A stretch of DNA of 64,000 bases from a virus. Position 1 is the first letter of the stretch, and each line of letters opens with the position of its first letter. The notes under the pieces were generated by a model. The model was not told the DNA's origin. It made no database searches and saw only the letters and a list, made by a program, of their open reading frames with translations. The stretch is from positions 1 to 64,000 of IMG/VR virus record IMGVR_UViG_3300044732_000293; one strand, given 5' to 3'. Position numbers and translations under genes: made by a program. Shown here one piece after another: positions 38,677 through 47,542 of this stretch.

Positions 38677-41177
38677 CCTATAATAAAACATTATTAAATA
38701 GTATACATAAACCTTTGAAAAAATCTCAGGGTGGTGGTACTTTTAATGGTAAACCTACTGTTAAACAAATCATGCAGATGCCTGATAAAAGGTATGCACC
38801 TAGTCCTGCAGTTATGAATACTAAAGCAGGTTTAGCAGCCGCTAGTATAATGAGTGGTCCTTTTTCATTTATACCTGGTACAGCATCTGCTGTATACGAT
38901 CTTGGTACTTCAGCTCGTTATGCAATGGATGGTCAATGGGATAATGCAAAAGAAGATTTAATATCTGCAGGTTTAAATGCAATTCCTACTGCTGGTGTAT
39001 ATGCTGCTTTAGCAGGTATGGGAAAGTTACAAAAAGCTGCTAGAGCCAGAGCTGCTATAAGAAGTGCAAAAGGTGCTATGAATGCAAAAGACATTGCAGG
39101 ATCAAGTACTATCAGAAACAATATTACAGGTCTTGTCCAAGAGTTTGATAAAACTGGTAAAGAAATTAGTTCTATGAGACCTAGGTCAGCAGCTGAGGTT
39201 AAAGCTTATAATCAAAATTTAAAGAGTCAGTATAGAACAGGAGCTACTCCTGAAGGACCTGCTGAGCTTATGCCTTTTAGATCTCCTGATTTTGCAGGTG
39301 GCGGAATGATTGTAGATCCTATGGGACAGTGGGCTCATCCTGGAAAAAACACTCGTATACCTGGTGATGATGAAAATAATAAAACTAATATAACTATGAA
39401 AGGCGTTAACTATCCTGTACTTGGTATAGGTTCTAATGGTAAAAGTATGATGATGTATCCTGAACAAGATTATGAATTTGGTGGTGCCTCTTATGTAGAT
39501 GAATATCCTATGATGGGTAAAGGTGGAGAAATGATACGTAGAGCTGATGGTTCATATTCTAAAAGAGGTTTATGGGATAATATTCGTGCCAATAAGGGTA
39601 GTGGTAAAAAGCCTACTAAACAAATGTTAGAACAAGAAAAGAAAATTAAAGCTAAAAATATGGCAAACGGTGGTACCAACAATCCTGGTTTTGAAGCCCT
39701 GCCTGAATATGTACAGGCTAAAATATTAAGTCAAATGGGTTACGGTGGTTATTATAATCCTTATATGGAAGAGGGTGGTGAACCAAATGGTGGTATGGCA
39801 TTAGGTCAGATTATGGCTGTAGCTGATAAGATGAATAAGTTACGTGAGTTTGTTTCTCCTGAAGAAAACTTAGATCCATGGATTGCTTCTAAGTTAGCTG
39901 TAATGGATGATAGTGCAGCTGCTATTGCTGACTATATGATGTATAATCCTGAAGCTCAAGGAGAGGGTACTGAAGAAGAAATGGGAGAAGAGTATGAACA
40001 AGAGGGTGAAGAAGAAACAATGGCTAATGGTGGATACGTTGTAACTAGAAGTAATGATAGAAAAGGTAAGACACATAAAGTGACAGGTCCTGATGGAACT
40101 GTTAAATACTTTGGGGATTCTAAATTAGGACAACACCCTAAAGATCCTGAACGTAAAAAAGCTTTCTATGCTCGTCATAAAAAGAACTTAGAAAATAATC
40201 CTTTCTTTAGAGCATTTGCTAGAAAGACTTGGAAAGAAGGTGGTTCTACATTTAGTGGTAATGCATGGTATGGTAATGGCGGAACTAATAATGCAGGTTT
40301 TAAAGCTCTTCCTGATTATGTACAACATCAAATCTTATCTAATATGGCCTACGGTGGACAACCTTGCTACGAATGTGGTGGTATGTACGCTGATGGCGGA
40401 TACTACGATTGTCCTGATCAAGAAAAAGATCCTGTAACAGGTAAGTGTAGTGCTGAAGTAGCTCGTGGTAAACAAGCAGCGGCTGCTAATAAAGCAGCTA
40501 ATGCTGATATGAATGCATGGGCTAAACAAGTAGCTGCTATAGATAAAGAAAATGCTAGACAAGATGCTGCTCAGTATGCTGGACAATTAGGATTTGATTA
40601 TGATTGGATGCAGTCTCCTGTAGATAAAGCAGAGAAAAAAGCTGCTATGGCTCAATATAAACAATTCTTTCAGCAGAATCCTAAAACATTTGTAGCTGAT
40701 GATACATCTGGATTTAGTCCTGAACAGAAATATATTATTGCTAGTAAGTTAAAACAGAAATCATCAACTCCTATGGGATCTAAAGCTTTTCAACAAAAGT
40801 TTAATCAAGATCCTAGGTTTATGGATTTAGGACGTTTACAGTCTGATATTGTACCAATGATGGGCGGATGGGATGCTACTAGAAATTATTTATTTGGTAA
40901 TAAAGAATATGGTGGTATTCATATTAACCCAGCTAATAAAGGTAAGTTTACTGCATCAGCTAAAAGAGCAGGCATGGGTGTACAGGAATTTGCATCTCAA
41001 GTGCTAGCTAATAAGGAAGATTATTCTTCTACTCAAGTAAAAAGAGCTAACTTTGCACGTAATGCTGCAGGTTGGAATAAGGCTGATGGTGGTCCGATAG
41101 CTGGACAAGAAATGGATGTCACTCCAGAAGAGTTAGAAATGCTTCGTCAACAAGGTTATCAATTTGAAATATTATAA
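38673..41177 (+). CDS. Internal virion/cargo protein composed of mini-modules separated by xxxGG motifs, 834 aa
   Basis: At least 13 xxxGG motifs and an internal 30-aa duplication; lies directly after the muzzle gene. Confidence 0.6.
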   Translation: MTYNKTLLNSIHKPLKKSQGGGTFNGKPTVKQIMQMPDKRYAPSPAVMNTKAGLAAASIMSGPFSFIPGTASAVYDLGTSARYAMDGQWDNAKEDLISAGLNAIPTAGVYAALAGMGKLQKAARARAAIRSAKGAMNAKDIAGSSTIRNNITGLVQEFDKTGKEISSMRPRSAAEVKAYNQNLKSQYRTGATPEGPAELMPFRSPDFAGGGMIVDPMGQWAHPGKNTRIPGDDENNKTNITMKGVNYPVLGIGSNGKSMMMYPEQDYEFGGASYVDEYPMMGKGGEMIRRADGSYSKRGLWDNIRANKGSGKKPTKQMLEQEKKIKAKNMANGGTNNPGFEALPEYVQAKILSQMGYGGYYNPYMEEGGEPNGGMALGQIMAVADKMNKLREFVSPEENLDPWIASKLAVMDDSAAAIADYMMYNPEAQGEGTEEEMGEEYEQEGEEETMANGGYVVTRSNDRKGKTHKVTGPDGTVKYFGDSKLGQHPKDPERKKAFYARHKKNLENNPFFRAFARKTWKEGGSTFSGNAWYGNGGTNNAGFKALPDYVQHQILSNMAYGGQPCYECGGMYADGGYYDCPDQEKDPVTGKCSAEVARGKQAAAANKAANADMNAWAKQVAAIDKENARQDAAQYAGQLGFDYDWMQSPVDKAEKKAAMAQYKQFFQQNPKTFVADDTSGFSPEQKYIIASKLKQKSSTPMGSKAFQQKFNQDPRFMDLGRLQSDIVPMMGGWDATRNYLFGNKEYGGIHINPANKGKFTASAKRAGMGVQEFASQVLANKEDYSSTQVKRANFARNAAGWNKADGGPIAGQEMDVTPEELEMLRQQGYQFEIL
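39660..40358 (+). repeat. Two copies of a 30-codon module (39660-39749 and 40269-40358)
   Basis: MANGGTNNPGFEALPEYVQAKILSQMGYGG vs YGNGGTNNAGFKALPDYVQHQILSNMAYGG. Confidence 0.85.
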
Positions 41178-41182
41178 GCATA

Positions 41183-44100
41183 ATGAAAATACGTATTACA
41201 GGAAAATCTTTACCTAAAGCTCAAAATGGAAAACCAATTAATTATAAAAATTGGGTTGAGATTAATGGGACAAAAGTTTATGAGGGTGAAGCAGGATATG
41301 AAGAAGCTAGTAAAAAAGCTCAAGATGAATTTGCTCCAGCAAGAGCTCAGATAGCTGCGTGGAAAGCTAGTAAAGGTAAACCACCTGCTACAGTTACTGC
41401 ACAAAGCAATCCACAAGCTGCAGGAACTTCTACACTTCAGAATAATAATCCTTTTCAGGGAGTTACTAACTTTTTTAATAAGTCTGTTAAACCGTTATTC
41501 CAAAGAAATTCACAACAACCTACTGCTCCAGTTCAACAAAATGTAAATACTGGTTTTAGTTTAGGTAATCCTGGTAACCAGACTTTTTTTACTCCAACGG
41601 GTAATAGTAGTAATCCTTATACATGGATGCCAACTGGTCAAAGTTTAGCTGCTCAACCTACACCACAAGCTTCACAGCCTGCTGCTCCTAGCAATCCATT
41701 ACTAACCTGGAACAATCTTGGTTTACCTACAGATCCTGCTTATATTAACAATGGTCTTATAGATAGTAAAAAAGGTTATGTAACAAAACAAGATACAGAG
41801 AAGTTGTTTAATGACATGAGATCACAAGGAAAGAATCTTCAGAACACTTTTGATACTGGATCTGCTAAAGATGTTAGACAAGCTATTGCTAATTATAATT
41901 CTCAATTTGGTACAGAGTTAAAAGATCCTAGATTGATTAAACTAGGAGCTAAAGGTAGAAAAACTGTAGGACTTCTTGGAAAAGGAGCAGATGCTCTTCA
42001 ACAAGGTATAGCTGTAACTAGTGCTCTTACTGACTTTATTGATAATAAGAATCAGCAGAATAGATTTAACTCTTATATGAGAGATCAACAGATGTCTGAT
42101 AATTTATATCCTGCTGTGCAAGGTTCTCGTGGAGATTATGTTCAGACAGGTACATCTTATGGTGCATTTAGACCAGATCAAATGGTTGTTAACAAAGGTA
42201 TGTTTGCTCAAATGGGTGGAGAATTAAATATAGATAATATGAAAATACGTATAACATCTGGACCAAACAAAATGGAATATGGTGGTCAAGCTAAAAATGG
42301 CTATGGATTAGATCTAGGAAGTGGTCGTATCTATGAAGATATGAATCAAAGTTCTTTTGATAATGCTAGCAATACTATGTCAGAAATTAAGAATCCTAAT
42401 GAGCCGTATGTATTAGAAACAGAAGGTGATGAGGAAGTACTTCGTCCTGATGGAACTAAGTTTAGACTTAAAGGAAAGAGTCATGCTGAAGGTGGTATTA
42501 AAAATACTGCATCTCAGATACCAACAGGATCTTTTGTATATTCTAAAAAACTTAAAGAAACTAATCCAGAAATCTTAGGAGCGTTTAATAAAACTTATAA
42601 GCGTGGTGGAGTATCTTATTCAGATATATCTAAGCAGTATGATTTAAATAAGTTTAAAGCAATCTTAGATGATCCTAACGCAGATCCTTTAGCTAAGTCT
42701 ACAGCTCAAATGATGAGTGATAATTATAAGAAGAAACTTGGTCAGTTAGCTTTAGCTCAAGAAAGTAAAAAAGGTTTTAAAGATGGTGTACCACAAGTGT
42801 ATACAAACTCAGTTGAACAAGCTGCTTATGGTGGTTATATAGATACATTTGCATTAGGAGGTGCTTCTTATTTATTAGGAGCAGAACAAATAAATCCATA
42901 TGCTGGTGGTAAAGAAAAAACTCCAACAGGAAAAAGTAATAAGTATGATCGTGGTAAAGAATATTTAGAAAACTGGGAGAAGTTTATTCCTGGTGTTAGT
43001 AAGTTATCTAATAAAGAAGCTCAGAGTAAAATCTATGATCTTATTTATGAACAGAATCCAGATGCTATTAATGAGATGTGGACAAAGTATGGTTTAACTA
43101 ATGAGGGTAAGAAATATAAAGATTTAAGTGGTTTAACTAAAAATGGTAGATTTACTAAGCAACTTAGTGCAGATCAGTTAAAAAGTTTAAAGAAAGCTTA
43201 TGTAGATGGATACTTTGGAGCTCGTCAATTAGATCCTAGTGCTATTCCACCTCCACCACCTCCTCCTCCGCCACCCCCTCCACCGCCTCCTCCACCACCA
43301 CCGCCCCCTCCTCCTCCTCCATTGATTCCTCCTCCAATAGAGAGAGGTAAGATTCCTCCTGTTCCTTATGATTTTCTTGCTCCTGATAAGATGAGTATGT
43401 TGGCGGCTGGATTAAATCCTCCTAAGAAATACTTACCTTATTATGCAAATTATAAGGCTAATTTACCTACTCCTACATTCTATAGTCCAGAACGTGAGCT
43501 AGCGGCTAATGCTGAACAAGCTAATATTATGACTCAGAGTCTTGCAAATTTTGCAAATCCTCAAGCATTTATGAGCAATGCATCTGCTGTACAAGGTAAG
43601 GCTGCTGAACAAGCTGCTAACACATTAGGTAAGTATAATAACTTAAATGTTGGTGTAGCTAATCAGTTTTCTCCAATGATAGCTGAGACTTTGAATAAAC
43701 AAGCTATGTATGCTGCTGAAAGAGCTAATGAGTTGTTTAAAGGTAATGTTATTGCTAATCAACAATATGATAACTCTAAACGAGCTTATGTTAATAATCT
43801 TGCTAAATCTTATGCTAATGCATGGAACAATCGTATGAACTTAGGAGATATTAATGATAGCATGGCTTATTATTATAAAGATCCTGCTACAGGAAGAAAT
43901 GTATTTAAAGGTCCTGTTGGAAGTATAAAAGATTTAGGAATGTATGGAAGTTCTTCAAACATGATGGGTATGAATCAACCAGCTCCTGTAGGTAATTTAG
44001 GTAATGCTTATAATAGTTTATATAAAGACTATTTAGCTCAGTTACAAGATTCTGACATGACTGCTGAGGAAAAAAAGAAACAAGCATCTAAATTAGCTAA

Positions 44101-44233
44101 TTTAGGTATACAAAGTATGAGATCAACCAGAACAGTTAATTCAAGAAACCCTTTTCAATTTAATCAAAGAAACACACAGTATACTGGTTTAGAAAACTTC
44201 TCTGATGAAGATTTCATGGATGACCAAGAATAA
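41183..44233 (+). CDS. Internal virion/cargo protein with a poly-proline tract, 1016 aa
   Basis: Cys-free, Q/N/G-rich; ETEGDE..GKSHAEGG motif; 25 consecutive Pro. Confidence 0.65.
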   Translation: MKIRITGKSLPKAQNGKPINYKNWVEINGTKVYEGEAGYEEASKKAQDEFAPARAQIAAWKASKGKPPATVTAQSNPQAAGTSTLQNNNPFQGVTNFFNKSVKPLFQRNSQQPTAPVQQNVNTGFSLGNPGNQTFFTPTGNSSNPYTWMPTGQSLAAQPTPQASQPAAPSNPLLTWNNLGLPTDPAYINNGLIDSKKGYVTKQDTEKLFNDMRSQGKNLQNTFDTGSAKDVRQAIANYNSQFGTELKDPRLIKLGAKGRKTVGLLGKGADALQQGIAVTSALTDFIDNKNQQNRFNSYMRDQQMSDNLYPAVQGSRGDYVQTGTSYGAFRPDQMVVNKGMFAQMGGELNIDNMKIRITSGPNKMEYGGQAKNGYGLDLGSGRIYEDMNQSSFDNASNTMSEIKNPNEPYVLETEGDEEVLRPDGTKFRLKGKSHAEGGIKNTASQIPTGSFVYSKKLKETNPEILGAFNKTYKRGGVSYSDISKQYDLNKFKAILDDPNADPLAKSTAQMMSDNYKKKLGQLALAQESKKGFKDGVPQVYTNSVEQAAYGGYIDTFALGGASYLLGAEQINPYAGGKEKTPTGKSNKYDRGKEYLENWEKFIPGVSKLSNKEAQSKIYDLIYEQNPDAINEMWTKYGLTNEGKKYKDLSGLTKNGRFTKQLSADQLKSLKKAYVDGYFGARQLDPSAIPPPPPPPPPPPPPPPPPPPPPPPPPLIPPPIERGKIPPVPYDFLAPDKMSMLAAGLNPPKKYLPYYANYKANLPTPTFYSPERELAANAEQANIMTQSLANFANPQAFMSNASAVQGKAAEQAANTLGKYNNLNVGVANQFSPMIAETLNKQAMYAAERANELFKGNVIANQQYDNSKRAYVNNLAKSYANAWNNRMNLGDINDSMAYYYKDPATGRNVFKGPVGSIKDLGMYGSSSNMMGMNQPAPVGNLGNAYNSLYKDYLAQLQDSDMTAEEKKKQASKLANLGIQSMRSTRTVNSRNPFQFNQRNTQYTGLENFSDEDFMDDQE
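43247..43321 (+). repeat. (CCN)25 poly-proline tract
   Basis: 25 consecutive Pro codons using all four synonymous codons. Confidence 0.95.
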
Positions 44234-44289
44234 ACCTATTAAGTTTAGTTTTAAACTTTAAAGATTTTATAGTATATTATTATGTAAAC
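44232..44289 (+). promoter_or_regulatory. Tandem palindromic boxes plus promoter-like box
   Basis: AAACCTATTAAGTTT (44232-44246), AAACTTTAAAGATTT (44253-44267), TATATTATTATGTAAAC (44273-44289); colinear with 30840-30897. Confidence 0.65.
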
Positions 44290-44292
44290 AAT

Positions 44293-45672
44293 ATGGCAAG
44301 TTATATCCCAAATATTACAGACGTCTTTCCAGAACCAGTGCTTTACAGTCCTGATTTTAATAGGATTGAAAGAATGCTGCAGCAGAGAGAAGGTATGTAC
44401 AAGCAAGGAGCTCAACGAGTAAAAAACTTGTATGAGTCAGTTTTTAATTCCAGTATGTTAAGAAGTGATAACATCCAAAGAAGAGATGCTTATCTTAAAG
44501 CAATTGATGAAGGTCTTAAAACTGTCTCTGCTCTTGACTTATCTCTTCCTCAAAATCAGGAAATAGCTAGTAAGTTATTTGAACCTGTTACTACAGATCA
44601 AAGTATAGTAAAAGATATTCAATTTACTAAACAGTATCAGAGTGAATCAGCTAAAGCTGAACAACTTAGATCTTCTCAAGATCCTGCTATTAGAAAACAA
44701 TACTGGGATACAGGTATGAAAGCTTTGCAATATCAAGCAGAAGAGTTTAAGAATGCAAATAGTAATGAAGCATTAAGTATGGGTAGTCCTAGTTATACAC
44801 CTAACGTAGATCTATTTGAGCTATCTCAGAAAATGTATAAAGATGCAGGTATTAGTATAACTCAGGATAGTGTAAATGGTGGTTATATAATTACTCAAAA
44901 GAATGGAGATAATGCTATGCCTCTTACTCAATCCATGGTTAACATGATGTTTGATCAAGATCCAGCTATTAAGTCTATGATTCAAACTCAAGCTTATGTA
45001 AATCGTAAAGATGAGATAGGTGCTAGAGCTCCTAAGTATAAAGGTAATACTGCTTTAGCAGAACAAGAATATACTAATGAAATAATAACTGACCTAGCTT
45101 CTCAACAAAATGCTCAATTAGATATTGATACAGCTTCTTTAGGTATACTTAGATCTAATGTAGAAAAGTGGGAAAAAATGATTAAGTCTAAAGGTATTGT
45201 TCCAGGAAGTAAAGATCATGAAGAGTATATGATGGCAGTGGGCAAATTAGATATGATGGAGAAGACCGTTACTCATGGTAGAAATAATTTATTACAGATG
45301 CAGAATATTGATAAAACTAACTTAGCTGATTTAAGAACAGCTGCTGATGGTGCAATATCTTCTGTATTATATCAAAAGTTAACAGGTCAACTTTCTAAAT
45401 TCTTGGCATTTAAAGATGCAAGTGTAAAAATAAAAGCTGATCCTTTTGCTTTATCTAGTCATAATTCTAACTTATCTTTGGGAAGAGCTCAAATAATGGA
45501 ATCTATTAGACAAGGTAATAGAATTAAAACATTAGAAAAGAGAAAAGAATTAGGACTTGGTAGTGGTAGTGGTGGTTCTGGTAAAACTGGACCTATTGTT
45601 ATAGATGAAAAAGGAAATTCTACTGGACCTATTAATCCACAAGATATAATAGACGGACTAAAAAAAGATTAA
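44293..45672 (+). CDS. Cargo/ejection protein, helical, 459 aa
   Basis: Cys-free helical protein at the head of the operon leading to the vRNAP. Confidence 0.6.
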   Translation: MASYIPNITDVFPEPVLYSPDFNRIERMLQQREGMYKQGAQRVKNLYESVFNSSMLRSDNIQRRDAYLKAIDEGLKTVSALDLSLPQNQEIASKLFEPVTTDQSIVKDIQFTKQYQSESAKAEQLRSSQDPAIRKQYWDTGMKALQYQAEEFKNANSNEALSMGSPSYTPNVDLFELSQKMYKDAGISITQDSVNGGYIITQKNGDNAMPLTQSMVNMMFDQDPAIKSMIQTQAYVNRKDEIGARAPKYKGNTALAEQEYTNEIITDLASQQNAQLDIDTASLGILRSNVEKWEKMIKSKGIVPGSKDHEEYMMAVGKLDMMEKTVTHGRNNLLQMQNIDKTNLADLRTAADGAISSVLYQKLTGQLSKFLAFKDASVKIKADPFALSSHNSNLSLGRAQIMESIRQGNRIKTLEKRKELGLGSGSGGSGKTGPIVIDEKGNSTGPINPQDIIDGLKKD

Positions 45673-45676
45673 TATT

Positions 45677-47539
45677 ATGGCTGATATTATAGAAAACAAT
45701 AGTTTTATGGAAACACCTCCATTGGAAAATCTTGATGAAACAATGATTGACCAACCTACTATTGAAACAGAGGGTGGGGAAGGTGATCCTATCAAGAAAG
45801 GTGCTACTTCTGTAAAGAAGAATACCACTCCAAAGTATGATAATGATTTTGGTCAATTAAATACCACTGCAGCTGAAACTAGTAAAAAACTAGCTGAGTT
45901 TGCTCAGATGGTGTTTAAAACTGCAGGAGTAACTCCTACACATAAAGGTAAACCTATTACAGATTTATCTACAATCTCTACTGTAGTATCAGATAGTAAA
46001 GCTGCTCAAGAATTATATACACAAGCCTTAAGTGCTTTAGAGTCTCCAGATTTAGATGAAGATTCTATAGCTAAATTCTATACACAAGTATTTGAAATAG
46101 AAAGTGGATTTAATCGTTCTGCTGCTATTAAGCAACAGATTAATAAAAATCAAAAGCTTGTTGCTAGTTCTTTAGATGCAAAACGTAAAAATGCAAGTCC
46201 TTATTATTCTTTACTTCTTGATGCTAATGGTGATTTTGTATCTAAAGAACAATATAAGCGTAATGTAAGAAAGTATTATGAGGATGACCAAGCTCAGTTT
46301 CTTAAAAATAATCCTAGAGAAGCCACTTTTGATTATCGTGGAAATCCTACACAATGGATGAGAACTGATATGCCTAACCCAATGGCAGGTAAAATGTATA
46401 AAGATAAGTCTGGTAGATGGATACAACTAGATTCAAGACCTAAATTGCAAGGAACTACTGAAGGTTGGGATTTAACTTTCCAAGCCCGTATGATGAATAA
46501 TGCTAAAGCAATGAGAGAAAGGATTGAAAGTTATGATGATGCTATACAGCAGATTAAAGATGATTATAATGTAAATAATCAAATTACTACAGTAAAAACT
46601 ACAGAGGAAGGTGTATTTAAAGAGGGAGGTTCTGATGCTACAACATCATTAAGTTCATCATTTAGTTTTGATGGTGATGATTTTTTAAATAGAGATGCTA
46701 AAGGAAATATTCTTAAAGTAGAAGATGCAAGTTCTAAAAGTAAAGAAGCTAATATATTTAAACCTGAATTTAAAAACTTATACAATCTAGTAGATAGAAC
46801 TAAATCTATGGAAGGAGCTATTATTGTATCGGGATCTCCTGAAGATTATGCTAGTGGTGTACCTGATAAGACAGATGATAAAGTAAAAGCAAGTTTAAAT
46901 CAGTTTAATATTGATTTAGATGAACATATTAAAACCTTTTTTTCTCATAGTAAGAAATTAACTGCTACTAAGTTAAAAGGAAGACCAGCTGGAAATGTAA
47001 GTTTTCAACCAATTGCTTCTGGAAATGAAAACTATCAAGCATATCATATTACATTTGGTTCAGGTTATGCTGAAAAACATGCGGGTAGTGAAAAGAAAAA
47101 GAAGGAACATCCTGAGTATCAAAAAGGTATTACAATATTTGTTCCTAAAGATAAGGCAGGAGCAACTAGAATTGGTGCTGCATCTTTAAGAGGAAGTACT
47201 ATTTCTAATACAGAAGCTGCTATAAACATGAGTAGTGATAATACTTATAGATTTACTATACCTGGAGCAGGAACTATTGAAGCTTCTAAAATAGGTGATA
47301 GTGCATATACAGTTAGTGGTAATTTTGTAAACTACAATAGAAATACTGGTAAGTATGATACTATTGCCATTAATCCTAAAAAATTTGAAATAGGTGCAAG
47401 TATGGCACTTGATATGGACGGTCATATAAAAGAAAATGTAGATAGTCTTATAAGTAATCTAATAAAAAATAGAACTATAAAAAACTTTCATAATTCTCAG
47501 AAAGGTGTTACTGATCCTAACTTATTAAAACGTAACTAA
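45677..47539 (+). CDS. Cargo/ejection protein, 620 aa
   Basis: Cys-free; located in the ejection-protein operon. Confidence 0.55.
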   Translation: MADIIENNSFMETPPLENLDETMIDQPTIETEGGEGDPIKKGATSVKKNTTPKYDNDFGQLNTTAAETSKKLAEFAQMVFKTAGVTPTHKGKPITDLSTISTVVSDSKAAQELYTQALSALESPDLDEDSIAKFYTQVFEIESGFNRSAAIKQQINKNQKLVASSLDAKRKNASPYYSLLLDANGDFVSKEQYKRNVRKYYEDDQAQFLKNNPREATFDYRGNPTQWMRTDMPNPMAGKMYKDKSGRWIQLDSRPKLQGTTEGWDLTFQARMMNNAKAMRERIESYDDAIQQIKDDYNVNNQITTVKTTEEGVFKEGGSDATTSLSSSFSFDGDDFLNRDAKGNILKVEDASSKSKEANIFKPEFKNLYNLVDRTKSMEGAIIVSGSPEDYASGVPDKTDDKVKASLNQFNIDLDEHIKTFFSHSKKLTATKLKGRPAGNVSFQPIASGNENYQAYHITFGSGYAEKHAGSEKKKKEHPEYQKGITIFVPKDKAGATRIGAASLRGSTISNTEAAINMSSDNTYRFTIPGAGTIEASKIGDSAYTVSGNFVNYNRNTGKYDTIAINPKKFEIGASMALDMDGHIKENVDSLISNLIKNRTIKNFHNSQKGVTDPNLLKRN

Positions 47540-47542
47540 TTT

